Source: an uncultured Planctomycetota bacterium (GTDB lineage: Bacteria; Planctomycetota; Planctomycetia; Isosphaerales; Isosphaeraceae). Taken from it: DNA of 64,000 bases. The notes beneath the pieces were generated by a model, which worked only from the letters and a program-made list of their open reading frames with translations, ran no database searches and was not told the DNA's origin. The stretch is taken from contig CAWGMQ010000010.1 in NCBI GenBank assembly GCA_963823665.1, forward strand, positions 2,368,001 through 2,432,000, written 5' to 3'. The position numbers and the translations under genes were made by a program. Shown in pieces: positions 1-12,800 of the stretch (its first letter is position 1; each line of letters begins with the position of its first letter).

Positions 1-2
1 TG

Positions 3-170
3 CGTTTGTCCGAATACGAGATCGAGGAGCCGGAATCGTCGATCAAGCTGCACCAAGACGTTGAGGTGATTCTGGAACTGCGCGACGCCCAGGGGAAGCG
101 AGTTCGCCGCGAAGCCAAGTATCAGGTTGCGACCGAGCCAAGCCTGTCGGTGCTGCGCAGCGACCACTGA
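3..170 (+). CDS. C-terminal end of a hypothetical protein (partial, runs off window start)
   Basis: Open frame RLSEYEIEEP...LELRDAQGKRVRREAKYQVATEPSLSVLRSDH* ending at TGA 168-170. Resembles small planctomycete hypothetical proteins (recollection, not searched). Confidence 0.6.
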   Translation, partial: RLSEYEIEEPESSIKLHQDVEVILELRDAQGKRVRREAKYQVATEPSLSVLRSDH

Positions 171-481
171 ACGGCTGGGACGGAGCCGGACCGGTTTCTG
201 GCTGGGGTCGATCCGAGCAATGGTCACGCTCCGCACCGCGTTCCGTTATCTTCTGACCGCAGATGTCACATCGGGTGTAATCGTTCGTCAGATTGTTATT
301 CGCGGGCGGCGAGCCACTCGATGTCCCAGAAGCCGTGGAACTTTTCAGCGGGATGAAGCGTCGAAAAGGACGGAGGACCAGACGTGGGCAAGGATTCCCG
401 TGACCGGATTCGAGTGGGAAGGGGCGTAGTGCGCTGGGCGGCGGGCCGCCGACATGAACGGCTCCTTCGGTTGGATACCTT

Positions 482-1917
482 GTGACCGAGTATCTACCCT
501 CCAGACATTCGAGAAAGGGCGCGGTGACAAGAGCGACCGATCAAGGGGGACGAAGAGCGCCGGAACCACGATCCGATTCGCCTCGAGCGTCGACGGCGTG
601 GTCGATACCGGAGATCCGGGTCATCAAGGATGATCAAGGACGCTTGCGGATCGACCAAACCGACCCTGCCACGTACGGCGCGTATAGCGCCCGTCAATTC
701 CTGGCGACCGCCCTAGCCGACCCGAGTTACAGGGACGTGATGACCAAACGTCCCTCGACGTCCTCGATCAAGATCACCTATGTCAACCGCGTCGGCCAGC
801 GTCAGGAGATCGGCGTCCGCGAGATCTTCTGCCGGATGAACGGGGATGCGCTCGTCCTGACCGAGTTCGAGGACGCAGACGGTGTGAAGGTAAAGGACCT
901 GCCCATTACAGTCCCCTTGCTCGGCGAGCTGGACGACGATGTGGACGACGCAGATCGACTCCATGAGCTTGCCCTGGCCGAGCTCGGTGACCTACCGTCA
1001 CCGCCCGCCGAAATTGAAGCGGAGCATGAGGCGCCCGGCCGGCGCCGTCTCAGGCGCGGCGGCTCCCGTCAGGGCCACTTCGGCAATATGACCAGGCGGC
1101 TGCTCCGGCTCCGGCTCCGGCAGCGGGCACGGTCATGGCCGCCACACCGGCCGCTGAGCCGGCACCGCGCAGCCCAGCAGCCATGCCGCCTGTGACAACG
1201 ACGACGAGAGCGACCACCGGCCCCCCGGCCGGTTCGACCGTGCGGGCGATCGACGAAAGTGAAGCAGCCTCACTACGTGTGCTGATCGAATCCAAGGCGG
1301 GACAGACGCGGTGGGCCAACGAGATCCTCATGCAGGCAGCGGAACGCCACCCGAGCGATCGAAGGCTGCAGAACGAGCACCTCGCGAACCTCCTGCGGGT
1401 CTCTCTCGATCCGACGCGGGCCGAGTCGCGGACGCCGCTCGCCGCCGCATTGCGCGGCATCCTCGAGGAGGTGCACGCATACAAGGCAGGCGTACTGGAC
1501 CGCGATCCCCTCAAAGCGGAAAAGCTCGCACTCCAGCCCCTCGCGCGTACGGCGCTCGACCCGACGCCGACGGACGACGCTCCTGTGAAGACTGTTTTCG
1601 GCACTGCTCAGAGAACTCCGGCTCAGGTTCTGGCGAAGCTCGAAGATCCGAAGCTCGCCCGGGCCACCCGCGTGAAGCTACTGCTCGAGATCGTCCCCGA
1701 GCTGATCGAGACCTGGCGACCAGACAAGGAGAGCGGCCGCAGCGAGGCGGGCAACGAAAGCAGCCCCGCGATCGTGCGCAGGATGTTCGCGGTGGCGAAC
1801 GAGCAGCGTCAACTGCGAAAGTTCATCGACGACGGCTCAGCCTTCAAGAAGGCGGGTGAGAGGTACGCAGGACTCGAAGGTAAGTTGCCGAAGCCATCGG
1901 CTACGGACGAGTCGTAG
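482..1917 (+). CDS. Hypothetical protein, probably one gene split by a frameshift near 1050-1140
   Basis: Overlapping ORFs 482..1195 and 1135..1917, both with protein-like composition, joined by an Ala/Pro/Thr-rich linker. No recognisable motif. Confidence 0.55.
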
Positions 1918-2184
1918 GAGGCTTCGAAGCGTAAGACGCGTCGGTGGACGGCTGCCGCGCTGACGCTTCGCGTTGGTATGGTCGACGGGACAACCCACTT
2001 TTGAGCGTGGCCTGTTGTACGATTGGCGACCGTACGGTCGTGGCCTGGACCAGGGCGGTTTCGGCCCTGCCGGCAAGCGGCACTTCCTTCATTACCGGGA
2101 GGTCTCGCTGCGGGTTTTGCCAGCTTGCGCGATTGAACTGTTTACGCAGTGTGGCCTAAGTGGTAATTCTGGGGAAAACGGGGT

Positions 2185-2205
2185 GGGGGGGGGGGGGGGG
2201 GGGGG
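2185..2205 (+). repeat. Poly-G homopolymer (21 G)
   Basis: Directly visible run of G in the intergenic region upstream of the ORF at 2567. Confidence 0.9.
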
Positions 2206-2566
2206 AATTTGCAATCGCGGGTTCTGCATCTTATATATTGGATTCAGAGAGACGGTCACGGGACCGGCGTTGGTCAGCACGATCGTCCGTGCTGGAGCGA
2301 CCGGGTATCGATCAACTCTTCCTTGTAAGTACGCTGCAATGAGTGTTCGATGCGGGATCGTGGGCTGGGACGAGCTCGGTGACGGCGAGTCGGCGTGCGC
2401 TGCGGATCTCATTGCCGATGATGCTATTTCGTCGGCCTTCGATTGCGTATCGGGGATACCCATGGCGCGGCGGGTGATGGCGATCGGGGGAGAGTTTTTT
2501 TTATTCTCGTAGCACTGAGTACCATTTCGTACCAGGGCTAGAGAACAAAAGGTCATAGGTGATGCG

Positions 2567-4425
2567 ATGAGCGTGCAAGGTGCGGCTGTTGTCGGGATGA
2601 ACGATGAGCGAGCTTCGCAAGGCAGTGCGTCTCGGTTCAATGCGCTCAAGCATGGGCTCACGGCGAAGACGCCGGTTTTGCCGGGTGAGGATCCCGCTGC
2701 GCTTCAGGCCAAGATCGACGCTTATCAAGCCAAGTATCAGACGAGAGACGAGATCGAGGGAGACCTGATGGAGATGGCGGCGATGGCTTGCTGGCAGTTC
2801 AAGCGGGCCAATCGAATCGAGGCCCACAGGGTCACGCGCGATATTGTGATGCGAACGGAGGCCGAAAAGGTTCGCGCGGGGAAGGATGTCGCGGGGCTCG
2901 GTCGTCGCTTGTTGTTTGACCGCCGCGGGCCCTGGCAGCTTTTTCCGTCCCGAGACTATGAGCACAAACAGCCGCGGACCTCGGATTCGGGGGAGCCTGT
3001 TGACCCCGATCAGCCGGCGGTGATCGTGCGCGAGCTTGAATCAACCCCCGAGGGCTGCGGCTGGCTGCTGGACCGCTGGTTCGAGCTGAGGAAGCCGCTC
3101 GAGAACGAGAGCGACGGATCGGGCTGGATTTCGTGTCAGAAATTCACGGCCATTCGGCTGCTGGGCAAGCAGCCGCTTGACGCCATCTGTGATCCCGAGG
3201 TGGCCATTGTGTTCCTCGCGAGTTACGCCATTTGGCCGAATCTTCCGACGGCTTTTCACGAGCTTCGGTGCGAGATCCATTATGATCAGGTTGAGAATTT
3301 TGAGGGCGAGCTGTACCGGGACGAGTGGCAGGCAATCACTCCGGCCGATACCGCGGCCGGGCGGAAGGCGCTCTTGGAGATCGTCGACAAAGCGATTGAC
3401 CGGTTGCTGGGGCTCCAAGCCGAGGGGGGGAAGTCGCCGACTTCCTCGAGGAGGTTCAGTGCAATCTCCCGAGCGACGAGGAGCGCAAGACGATGGCACA
3501 GATTCAGCGCCATCGGGAGAATGCCAATCGACTGGTGGTGCGGAACATTGAGGTGATTGAAAGGGCGCGACGGTATGAGGCGGAAGGGTGGGGGAAGGCC
3601 CGGCGGGAGCGAGAAAGGCTGAAAGAGCAAGCGCGACGCGGGCATATGATCGATGAGCGGTTTGTGATCGACGAGCATGGGACCATTCACCATGCTCAGG
3701 GCTATGACGGCGAGCTCGACGCAGGCCTGGCGCGGTGGAAGGCGCGGAACGGGAAGCAGCCGTTTGAGTGCTATGCCGATGCGCAGCGCGCGGCCGATGA
3801 GCGCATGCAACGGGCTGTTCCGGATTATACGCGGTGGGTGGACGGAGAGCGCGAGCAAGCGGCTCAAGGCGCGGGGATGACGCGGGCAGGAGACGGGACG
3901 GAGAACGGGGGCGGGGTGAATGTGGGTGGCCGCTGCGAGGGGGGTTTTGAGAGCAAAACCGGGGATGGTGCGCGTAGCGGTTTTGTTCCCGTAAACCTTA
4001 TTGGGCAAGGGCCAGCGACGAAAATACAAAACGAGATTGGTGCGGCGGGTGGGAGCGATTGTGAGCGGGACGGTGGTGGTGGGGTGGAGACCTGCGGTCG
4101 GGGGGACGGCGGCGACCCTTCGAGTGCCCGAGGCCCGCGCCGAACAGAGGAGACCTGCGGTCGTGGGGACGGCGGCGACCCTTCCGGTGCCCGAGACCCG
4201 CGGCGAATGGGAGATGGAGTGGAGACATGCGGCCTGCGGGAGTCGAGTGGTGTCGTTCCGTTAAGCCTTATGGAGAAAGAGCCAGCGACGAAAACACAAA
4301 ACGAGATCGGTGGGACGGAACGTCAGGCTGGAAAGCCTGAGCTACGAGTTGTGGCCTGTATTGGATATGATAATAGTAGTGGCCGAGATGACCGTCGTGC
4401 TTCGCTGACCGGCATCGTGACTGAT
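2567..4425 (+). CDS. Hypothetical protein of the 'SRxNALKHGLxA...LPGED' family, frameshifted near 3425-3490, with repeat-derived C-terminal tail
   Basis: N-terminal SRFNALKHGLTAKTPVLPGEDPA motif. ORFs 2567..3556 and 3493.. overlap across a G-run at 3425-3430. True 3' end uncertain. Confidence 0.6.
3985..4346 (+). repeat. Nested repeats: 58 bp direct repeat (3985-4042, 4255-4312), 63 bp-period tandem unit GGAGACCTGCGGTCG...CCCGCG (4086-4144, 4149-4207, partial 4221-4232) and hairpin TCAGGCT-GGAA-AGCCTGA (4323-4340)
   Basis: Repeats read directly from the sequence; they also appear as the duplicated peptides ETCGRGDGGDPS and PATKxQNEIG. Confidence 0.85.
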
Positions 4426-4809
4426 ATGGGAAGGCTGGACTTATTGTTCGCGTATGGGACGTTGATCCCTCAGGATCGCGTGCTGCTCGCGAGCGAGGGC
4501 TGGGTGGCGGATGCTGTTCGTGGGCGGCTCTACGACCTGGGGGCCTATCCGGCGCTCGTGGACCTGGACGATCCGACCGCTGGTTGGGTGCAGGGCTATG
4601 TCCGTCCGGTGGCGATGGAAGAGCTGGAGGGACCGCTCGATCGGTATGAAGAGGTTGGTCGGGAGTTGTACCGCCGGGTGCGGGCGACGACACGTGACGA
4701 TCGCAACGTGTGGGTCTATGTTTATTCTCGGCCGCTGCCGCTGGAGAAACGCGGTCCGCTGGACTGCTGGCCGGCGCCAGAGGGCATCAAGGTGAGTCTT
4801 TCTTCTTGA
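4426..4809 (+). CDS. Gamma-glutamylcyclotransferase (AIG2-like/GGCT) family protein
   Basis: LFAYGTL, GRLYDLGAYPALV, LDRYE and YRRV...VWVYVY motifs; ATG at 4426. Confidence 0.85.
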   Translation: MGRLDLLFAYGTLIPQDRVLLASEGWVADAVRGRLYDLGAYPALVDLDDPTAGWVQGYVRPVAMEELEGPLDRYEEVGRELYRRVRATTRDDRNVWVYVYSRPLPLEKRGPLDCWPAPEGIKVSLSS

Positions 4810-4829
4810 ACCCGGCCTGGGAGGCCACG

Positions 4830-6556
4830 ATGTCCGGCACGTCGACACCGAAGAAACCAAAGCGGAATAGAAGCCCCAAGCCGAGTGGAAACGGAGCCCG
4901 ACGCGGTGGCGCGACGATCGGGGAGTACTTGATCGAGCGTCTGTCGGCCCTCGGGGTCGAAGCACGTCTTCGGGATTCCGGGTGATTATATTCTGACGCT
5001 CTACAAGATGATCGAAGAGAGCCCGATCAAGCTCGTGAACATGACAAGGGAAGACAACGCTGGATTTGCCGCAGATGCGTATGCGCGGATTCACGGGCTT
5101 GGTTGCATTTGCGTAACATATTGCGTCGGCGGGCTTTCCACATGCAACAGCATCGCCGGGGCCTATGCGGAGAAGTCGCCCGTGATCGTGCTAGCGGGCT
5201 CACCGGGGGTATCGGAGCGGGCGAGCAACCCGCTGCTTGCACCACAAGGTGAAGGGCTTTGAGACGCAGTTCGAGGTGTTTCAGAAGATCACGGGGGCGT
5301 CGACGGTTCTGGATCATCCGGAGACAGCCTTCAGCGAGATCGACCGCGTGCTGGAGGCGGCGGTACGGTACAAACGGCCGGTGTACCTGGAGCTGCCGAG
5401 GGATCAGATGCAGGCGCGTCAGGTGGGGCCGCACCGCGCGCCCGAGGGGCTTCCGCCGTCGGACCCGGATGCGCTTCGGGAGGCGATTGACGAAGCCGCG
5501 GAGCTACTGTCGGCGGCGCGGCGGCCGGTGATTCTGGCGGATGTGGAGATTCACCGGTTCGGCTTGCAGGATGAGCTGGTGACGCTGGCCGAATCGACGG
5601 GCATGCCGATCGCGACGACGATCCTGGGTAAGAGCGTGATCTCGGAGGCGCACCCGCTGTTTGCCGGGATTTATGAAGGGGCGATGGGGCGGGCCGAGGT
5701 GACGGAGCTGGTGGAATCTGCGGACTGTCTGCTGATGCTCGGCTGTTTCTTGACTGATATCAACATGGGCATCTGGACGGCCAAGCTCGATCCGTCCAAG
5801 TGCATTGACGCTACGAGCGAGGCGCTGCGGATCAAGCGGCACCATTACTGCGACGTGCGGCTGGACGATTTCATCCGTGGGTTGATCGCGCGGAAGCTCA
5901 AGGTGGCGCGGACACCGTTTCCAAAGCGGTCGCCGCCGTTTGCGGGGCTCGAAAATGCGGCGGCCGCGACGCCGATGACGTCGGCCTTGCTGTTCGCCCG
6001 GCTGAACCGGATGCTCGCGGCCGCCCCGGGGATGACGGTGATCGCGGACATCGGCGATTCGCTGTTCGGGGCGGCCGATCTGGAAATGAATCGCCAGACC
6101 GAATTCGTGAGCCCGGCTTATTACACATCGATGGGTTTTGGCGTGCCGGCGGCGGTGGGGGCGAGCATGGCCAATCCGGGCGCCCGGATTCTGGTGGTTG
6201 TCGGCGACGGAGCGTTTCAGATGACGGGCATGGAGATATCAACGATCGCTCGGTACGGGCTCAATCCGATCGTCGTCGTGCTCAACAATCACGGGTACAC
6301 GACGGAGCGGTTTCTGCTCGACGGGCCGTTCAACGACATCCAGGGCTGGGCGTATCACAAGATTCCCGAGGTTGTCGGGGACGGGCTGGGGCTCGAGGTG
6401 CGCACGGTGGGAGAGCTCGACCGTGCGCTCGAGAAGGCCGTTGCGAACTTGAAGTGCTTCAGCCTGATCAACGTGCACATCGACCCGTACGATCGCAGCC
6501 CGGCGCTGGATCGGCTGGCGCAGCGGCTTTCAAAGATCGTCACCGCTTCGGAATAA
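4830..6556 (+). CDS. ipdC: Thiamine-pyrophosphate-dependent alpha-keto acid (indolepyruvate-type) decarboxylase, frameshifted near 4965 and 5237
   Basis: [39 protein letters not shown] pair, [11 protein letters not shown]...[13 protein letters not shown]-binding motif. Confidence 0.85.
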
Positions 6557-6598
6557 ACGGCTTTGGGTCGAGTGCGTTTTCATGGGAGAGGTAATGCA

Positions 6599-6673
6599 CA
6601 CTTTCGCGGAGCGAAAGGTGACTTTGGGCGGCCGAGGAATTGGGCACTTTCTCGGAGCGAAAGGCGACTTTGG
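6599..6673 (+). repeat. Two direct copies of a REP-like palindrome CACTTTC(G/T)CGGAGCGAAAGG(T/C)GACTTTGG
   Basis: Copies at 6599-6627 and 6645-6673 with hairpin CTTTCGC-GGA-GCGAAAG, between convergent genes. Confidence 0.85.
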
Positions 6674-9418
6674 TCAGTGGAGGAGGTTGTCATCGAAGCG
6701 CTCTGTCTTGGTCTGAGTGGGAACGATGCCGCTCAGGATACCGATCTTGGGTCCCTTATGCGTCCAGGTGTAGGTCTTCTGACCGTGGAACCGGCTGCGA
6801 TCGAACACCGTGCTGCTCAAGGTGGTGATGCCCCTGACTTTGTGGCCCTGACCGCGGTTGGTCAGGTAGGGGCCGACGGTCTTACCCGGATGGTTGTAGG
6901 AGTAGATCCGCTGGCGGAAGCCTTGCGGGGGCAGGAACTGCTGGAGGGCCAAAGAAACCGGAATGGGCTGGTAGTTGAATGCCGAGAGGGCGGTGAGGGA
7001 GGGCGTGTACTGGTTGGCGCCGAAGGCCGAGATGAAGTTGGTTTGCAGGTTGGGGCCTGTGGGCACACCGGCGAGCCCGGAGATCACGGGCGTGACGGAG
7101 CCGCCGGTGACGGTGACCGTGGCGGTACCGGTCCAAGTGAAGCCGGGCAGGGGCGAGGAGGCGAGCGTCTGGCCGGTGATCGTGATCGTGTCGACCCCGT
7201 TGGGGAGCTTGAGCGCCGAGCGGGGGTTGATCGTGATGATCGCGTCCTGAATTCCGTTCAACCAGTCCGCCATGTTGGGGTCTGGAGTGAGCGTGGCGCC
7301 GGGGAATGCAACGCCGTTGACGGAGACGGTCGCGGGATTGATGTCGGTAACCGGCGCGAAGCTTGGAGTGGTGGACGTGGAACCGAAGACGTAGATCGGC
7401 AAGTTGGCGGGGGTGGTCGCGTTGATGCTGAAGGGACCGAAGGGCTGGCCGACACCGATCTGGGTGGTGACCTGGTTGCCGGCCGGGGGGATTGGCAGCG
7501 TGATCAAGCCGCCTTCGACGATCTGGGCACCGCCGGCGTTGGGGCGATCGAGCACGGGAGGAGTAGTCGTCGTACTCCCGCCCTGCGTGACGTCATAGCC
7601 GGGATCGCCGATGATGAAGTCACCGATGTTGTCGAGGTCGGCGGTGTTCGTGGTGGTCTGCAGCCGGCCGGAGACGGATGTTCCGAAGAGATTGGGGGAA
7701 GTCGGCGGCGAGTCGGGGGTGGTGAGCAGGAACTGAATGCCGGAGAGAGTCGAGCCCTCGGCCGCCGAAAGGGAAAACGTACCGGTCAAGCGCCGGAGTT
7801 CGGCCCGGGAGCAGGTAGGCAGTGCCGGTCGCTCGAATTGAAGCCGGGGGCGCCGATCAAGATCTCATTGGGCTGTCCGGAGTTGATGACGCCTACCAGG
7901 CTGACAGACGATCCGGCGAGGTCTCCGGCGTCGGCCCCGGTGAGCTGGACGGACGGGCAACGCGGTGGGGATACTGGCCAGGGAGATCGTGCCGGTGAGG
8001 TAATTGGCCGACGGTGCTGGACGCTCCGTAGAAGACGTAAACGTCGCCCTCGTTGGTCACATTGCTCGTGCTGAAGTCGGGAGCGCCGAAGATGATGTCG
8101 CTGAATACCGTCGCCGTTCCAGTCACCGGCGGAGCTGACCGAGAATCCCAACAAGGAGTTGCCGGCCGCGCCGACGAATTTCGCTCCGGGGATTCCGCCA
8201 GTGGCAGTGCTACCGACGTTGGTCAGGTTGACGAACTTGACGCCGTTGACCGTTGTTGCCAGGGCGGGGAGGCCCGAACCCCCGTAAACAAGATAAACGA
8301 GGCCGGCCCCGGACCCGCTTTGGGGGGCGCCGATCAGGAGGTCGTCTGCCCCAGAAGAGGCGGCGTTGACATTGCCGGCGTCGGCCACGGAGAATCCCGT
8401 CTGGTCGCCGGAATTGGCCCCCGCCAAGGTCAGCCCGGCAAAGCCGCCAGATTGGCCGATGGTCTTGACATCGATCGGGGCCGGATCCTGGCCCAGGCTC
8501 GTCAGAGCCGTGGTGGGTACGACATAGACCGCACCGGTGTTGACTTGCCCGTCCACGCTGGCGGAAGGCGCGCCCATAATGACATCGGAGGCGCCGTCGC
8601 CCAGGATGTTCACCCCGCCGGCGACCGAGGCACCGAGCTTGATGCCTGCGACCGAGCTAATGAAGGTGACGAAGTTGAGCTGGGTGTAGTTTCCGGGGGT
8701 GTCGAGGTTGATCGTCTGTCCGTTATAAGCGTTGAAGTTACCATAGATCAAATAGACTCGCCCGGTCCCGATGGAGCCACCGGGCGCCGGGGCATTCTGG
8801 GCACCGATCAAGAGGCCCTGCTTGCCGCCGATGTTGACGCCCGCGACCGAACTCAACCCCGACAGATTGAGCGTCGCGCTGTAAAACGTGACGCCGGCGA
8901 AGGGGTACGTGAGGTTGGTGGATGTGAAGAGGGCCGGGTTTTGCTGGGTTGTCGCGCCCAACTGGCTCAGGTCACCGACGCGGTCGTTGGCCTTGTAGTT
9001 GTAGACGAGTGGCGTCGTCGAGGTGGTTCCGATCCAGTTCTGGATCGTGGGGGGGGAGCCGGCCACATTCGACCCGAAAATCACGCTGACGTAGGCGGTG
9101 TTGATAAGCCCCAAATTCGCCGCCCTGCGCGGCGATCGCGAAGTCTTCATATCCGTCGCCGTTCAAGTCGCCGACATCCGCTACGCTTATACCGGCGGAC
9201 TTTGACGGTAAAGTCGTTGAAATATTAGGGATGCTGCCGCCTGCGAAATCCATTCCGAAGGGTGCGTTGGCGATGGTCGGGTTGGAGTTGGCGATCGAGC
9301 CGCCCAGGTCGATCGATAACAGCAGCTTGGCTTCGAGCCCCTCGCAAAGAGGCTGAAAATCATGGTGGCTGCACGCCCGCTGATTCGACTTTCGGGCCCG
9401 GCGATTGACGAAAAGCAT
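6674..9418 (-). CDS. Secreted FG-GAP / integrin-alpha beta-propeller repeat protein, several frameshifts
   Basis: N-terminal RR...CEGLEAKLLLS planctomycete extracellular motif. Repeated G.SVA..GD.NGDG..D.IIGAP motifs across ORFs 8972..9439, 7786..9150, 7893..8126 and 6674..7789. AGGAGG RBS upstream. Confidence 0.85.
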
Positions 9419-9860
9419 CGGAGACTCCCTCCTCCACAAGCGTAAAGCCGTCCATGCACCGGTCCTACGTCCGGTTTCAACCCCGCGTGGGGCCGCCCTG
9501 CGGTCGGGACCGCAGGAGAGGGCCTCGTGCGTCCCCGTACCGAGCGGTCCGGTGCGGGCTTGCCGCGGTGGGCATCCTGTTACCTCAGGAGTTTCGACCG
9601 AACGCCGCGTTTCTCTCCACCGAATTCAGAACTTGTAGATCTCCTACGTTCCGCGGATGCGGCGCTTTGGGCTCAACTCGCAGAACCCACAATTCCGATA
9701 TATTTCGCAGACGCGGAACCCCCCGAGCCCACGCCGTGGTGTGCGCCTAACACCGGTCGAATGGACCAGTCGCGGCAAGAGAGAATGTCGAGAGACCCGC
9801 CAGAGATTCCGCGGCAGCGGTGGAATCTGGCGGCGAAATCATGCTGTCGAGGCGAGATCC

Positions 9861-12800
9861 ATGAAAATGTCGTGGAAGTGGACGACCCGGCACTCGGTCC
9901 GACGAACAGGGCTGAGCGCAATTCTCATTGCGGTTGCGGCCGGGGCGCCCATGGGGTGCAGGCGCGAGTTCTACCGAGAGTGGGCCAACCAGGATGCCTC
10001 CGAGGCGGTGTTCGAGAAGTCGCGGGATCCGCGGTGGCGGATCGACCTGTTCACGATCGAGCCGCCGATGCTGTCGCGGTTTGCCGATCCGTATGATCAG
10101 GACGTTCCGCCGGCACCGCCGGACGACCCTGCGGCCGAGGCGCTCTCGCCGATCCCGCAGTGGCCCGACAACCGGCTCTTGATGCCGATCGAAGGGACTG
10201 GCTACCAGGACCTCCTTGAATACTGGGCGCGTGACAACCAGGCCAAGGCGGCCGCGGCGGGCGAGCCTGTCCCGGCGGATGAGCCGGAGTACTGGCAGCG
10301 TGCGGACAATGGGCGGCACCAGGTAACGGACCCGCGACAGCCGGGCATGCCTGGCCAACCGCAGGACTCTCCAGCCGGCCCGGCCGTGCCACCTGAGACG
10401 GAATCCCCGTTCGCGCCCGAGCAGCCGCCGCCGATTCCAGGGCCACGCGCCGCGCCGGCGCCGGGACAACCGGGCGGGGCACCGGGAGAAGCGCGACCGG
10501 CGGCACTGGGCGCGGCGGCGACGCCGCCGGGCGCGGGCGCCAGATGCTGAAACCCGTCGGAGCAGGGAACTCGAGGACGGACGGTCTGCTCGTACGGATG
10601 CAGGACACGGGCGTGGCGGATCGACCGGGGTCTACGGGGCAGCGCCCGGCTGGTTCGAATCAGGACTCCGCCGCGATTTCCGGGACGAAATCCCCTCGTT
10701 CGACGCCCATACCTTTATCGACGAAAGTCGATCCGGCGGCGAAGCGTAGGATTCCGCCGCCGCGCTCCGGGGCGGATTTCGGGAAAAGCGCTTCCGTCCG
10801 CCCGAGATCGCTACAGGATCGAATGGTGTCACCAACCTCAGTTCAGGAGGGTGCTATACCGGCCCCACCTCCGGAAGCAGCCAGCTCCCCTATGCGGACG
10901 CAGATACTCGAGCTTGTCAAGCCGGTGATCGCCAGACTTCCGGGCGGGCAGGAGAGCCCGGTGCAAACCAGGCCAGGGACGCCGAGCCAGGACAAGCCGC
11001 CCGCCGCGTCTCCGAGCAACATTCTCGACCGCGAGATGCTGAAGGAAGCCCAGCCGGCGACACCCGCGCAGGTCGAGGAGGCTGGGCGGATGACCTCGCA
11101 AGAGGCGGCGGCGCTCTCGGACGTGCTCGTGCCAAAGGTGTATCTGCAAAACGACACGGAGGGGTACGGCTACCCGAAAGGAAGCCGCGTTTACAAGATC
11201 AACATGCAGCAGTCGTGGGCGCTGGCGATCCTCAATGCGCGGTTTTACCAGTACAACCTGGAGCAGGTGTATCTTGCGGCCCTGCCCGTCACGCTGCAGC
11301 GATTCTCGTTCGAGCCGCAGTTTTACGCCGGCATGGGTCAGGTGACGGGTGTGCCCCAGAACCAGAGCGGCGTGGCGCAGTCGACGCCGTCGACCCCGGG
11401 AGTGGTCACATCGCCGGGGCTCGGGTTCAACTATGCCACGCGATATGGTCCGAACGGCCAGATTTCGGCGCTGAACCTGGGAACACTGGCTGGATTCGGG
11501 AAGCTCTTCAATTCCGGCGGCCAGCTTCTGATGGGATTTGCCAATGAGGTCGCGTTCAACTTCCTGAACAAGAATCCGGCACAGCCGACGGTGATCTCGG
11601 CCTTGCCAATGAGCTTTGTGCAACCGCTATTGAGAGGCGGTGGGCGGGCCGTGATCCTCGAGCCGCTCACCACGGTGGAGCGCAATTTGCTGTACGCGGT
11701 TCGCACATTCACGCTGTTCCGGCAGCAGTTCTTCGTGGTGACCTTGACCGGCGGAAACATCCAGAACTTCGGTGCGGGGTTCCAGTTGTCCGGGTTCTCG
11801 GTACCGGGCAACACTGATCCGGTCATCGGCTTCCTGCCGGTCGTGTTCAATCTGGTGGAGGTTGAGGTTGACCGAAGGAACCTGTTCTTTTTGGAAAGCC
11901 TTGCTAGACTATATCAAGAGTTGATCCAGGGTGAGGCGTCGGGCTTGTCGCGGTTGCAAGTCGACCAGGTGATGCAGAGACTGATCACCGGCCGGCAGGC
12001 GTTGTTCATCGACAAGATCACTTATCGCTCGCAGATGGATCAATTCAAAATGCAGCTCGGCATGCCGCCGGACATGCCGCTCGTGGTCGACATGAGCCTG
12101 GCGCAGCCGTTTTACGACGTGTTTGACGCGGTCGACAGATGGCAAAGGAACCCGACCCGCAGCCTGGATGACCTGCCTGGAATCATCGCCAAGATCCCCG
12201 AGCTCGAGGATATCGACGTTGAAGGCCGGTCCGTTCTCGAGCCCTACCGCAATTATCGCAGCACCCTCAAGGAGTTCAAAGCCGAAAACGAAGAAGGCCT
12301 GGAAGACCTGCTCCAATCGGCCGTCCGGATCGCGCTTGAGTATCGCATGGACCTGATGAACGATCGTGCGATGCTTTACGATATGTGGCGGCAGATTCGA
12401 GTCACAGCCAATGCCTTGAAAGGCGTTTTCAATCTCGCCCTCACCAACAACGTTTACACTCCGGTCGTGAGCAATACCAACCCGTTTGGGTTCTTGAGCC
12501 AGGCGAAGCAGTTTTCGCTGACGTTGAACGCCGAGCTTGCCGCTTGTGCGGGTGACCGAGCGGAACAATTTCCGCACGGCACTGATCAACTACCAGCGGC
12601 AACGACGGGCGCTGCAGAACGCGGAAGACAATCTGAAGATCTCAGCTTCGTAATGATTTGCGATCGGTTCATCAGGCATACATCAATTATGAGATCGCCA
12701 AGCGGAACTACGAGCTCAACGTGCGGCTCAAAGATCAGTCGTTCGAGCAGATCGTTGCTCCACCGGCGGGTGGCACGCAGGCTCTGGCCCAATCAGCCAA

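Noticed and set aside
3493..4809. Novel fusion of the hypothetical protein with GGCT
   Set aside because: The linker is repeat-derived and GGCT has its own ATG at 4426; in-frame continuity is probably incidental.
6563..9228. Long plus-strand ORFs 6563..8074 and 8053..9228 (and similar ones such as 35426..37567)
   Set aside because: Antisense shadows of real genes, typical of high-GC codon usage; no motifs.
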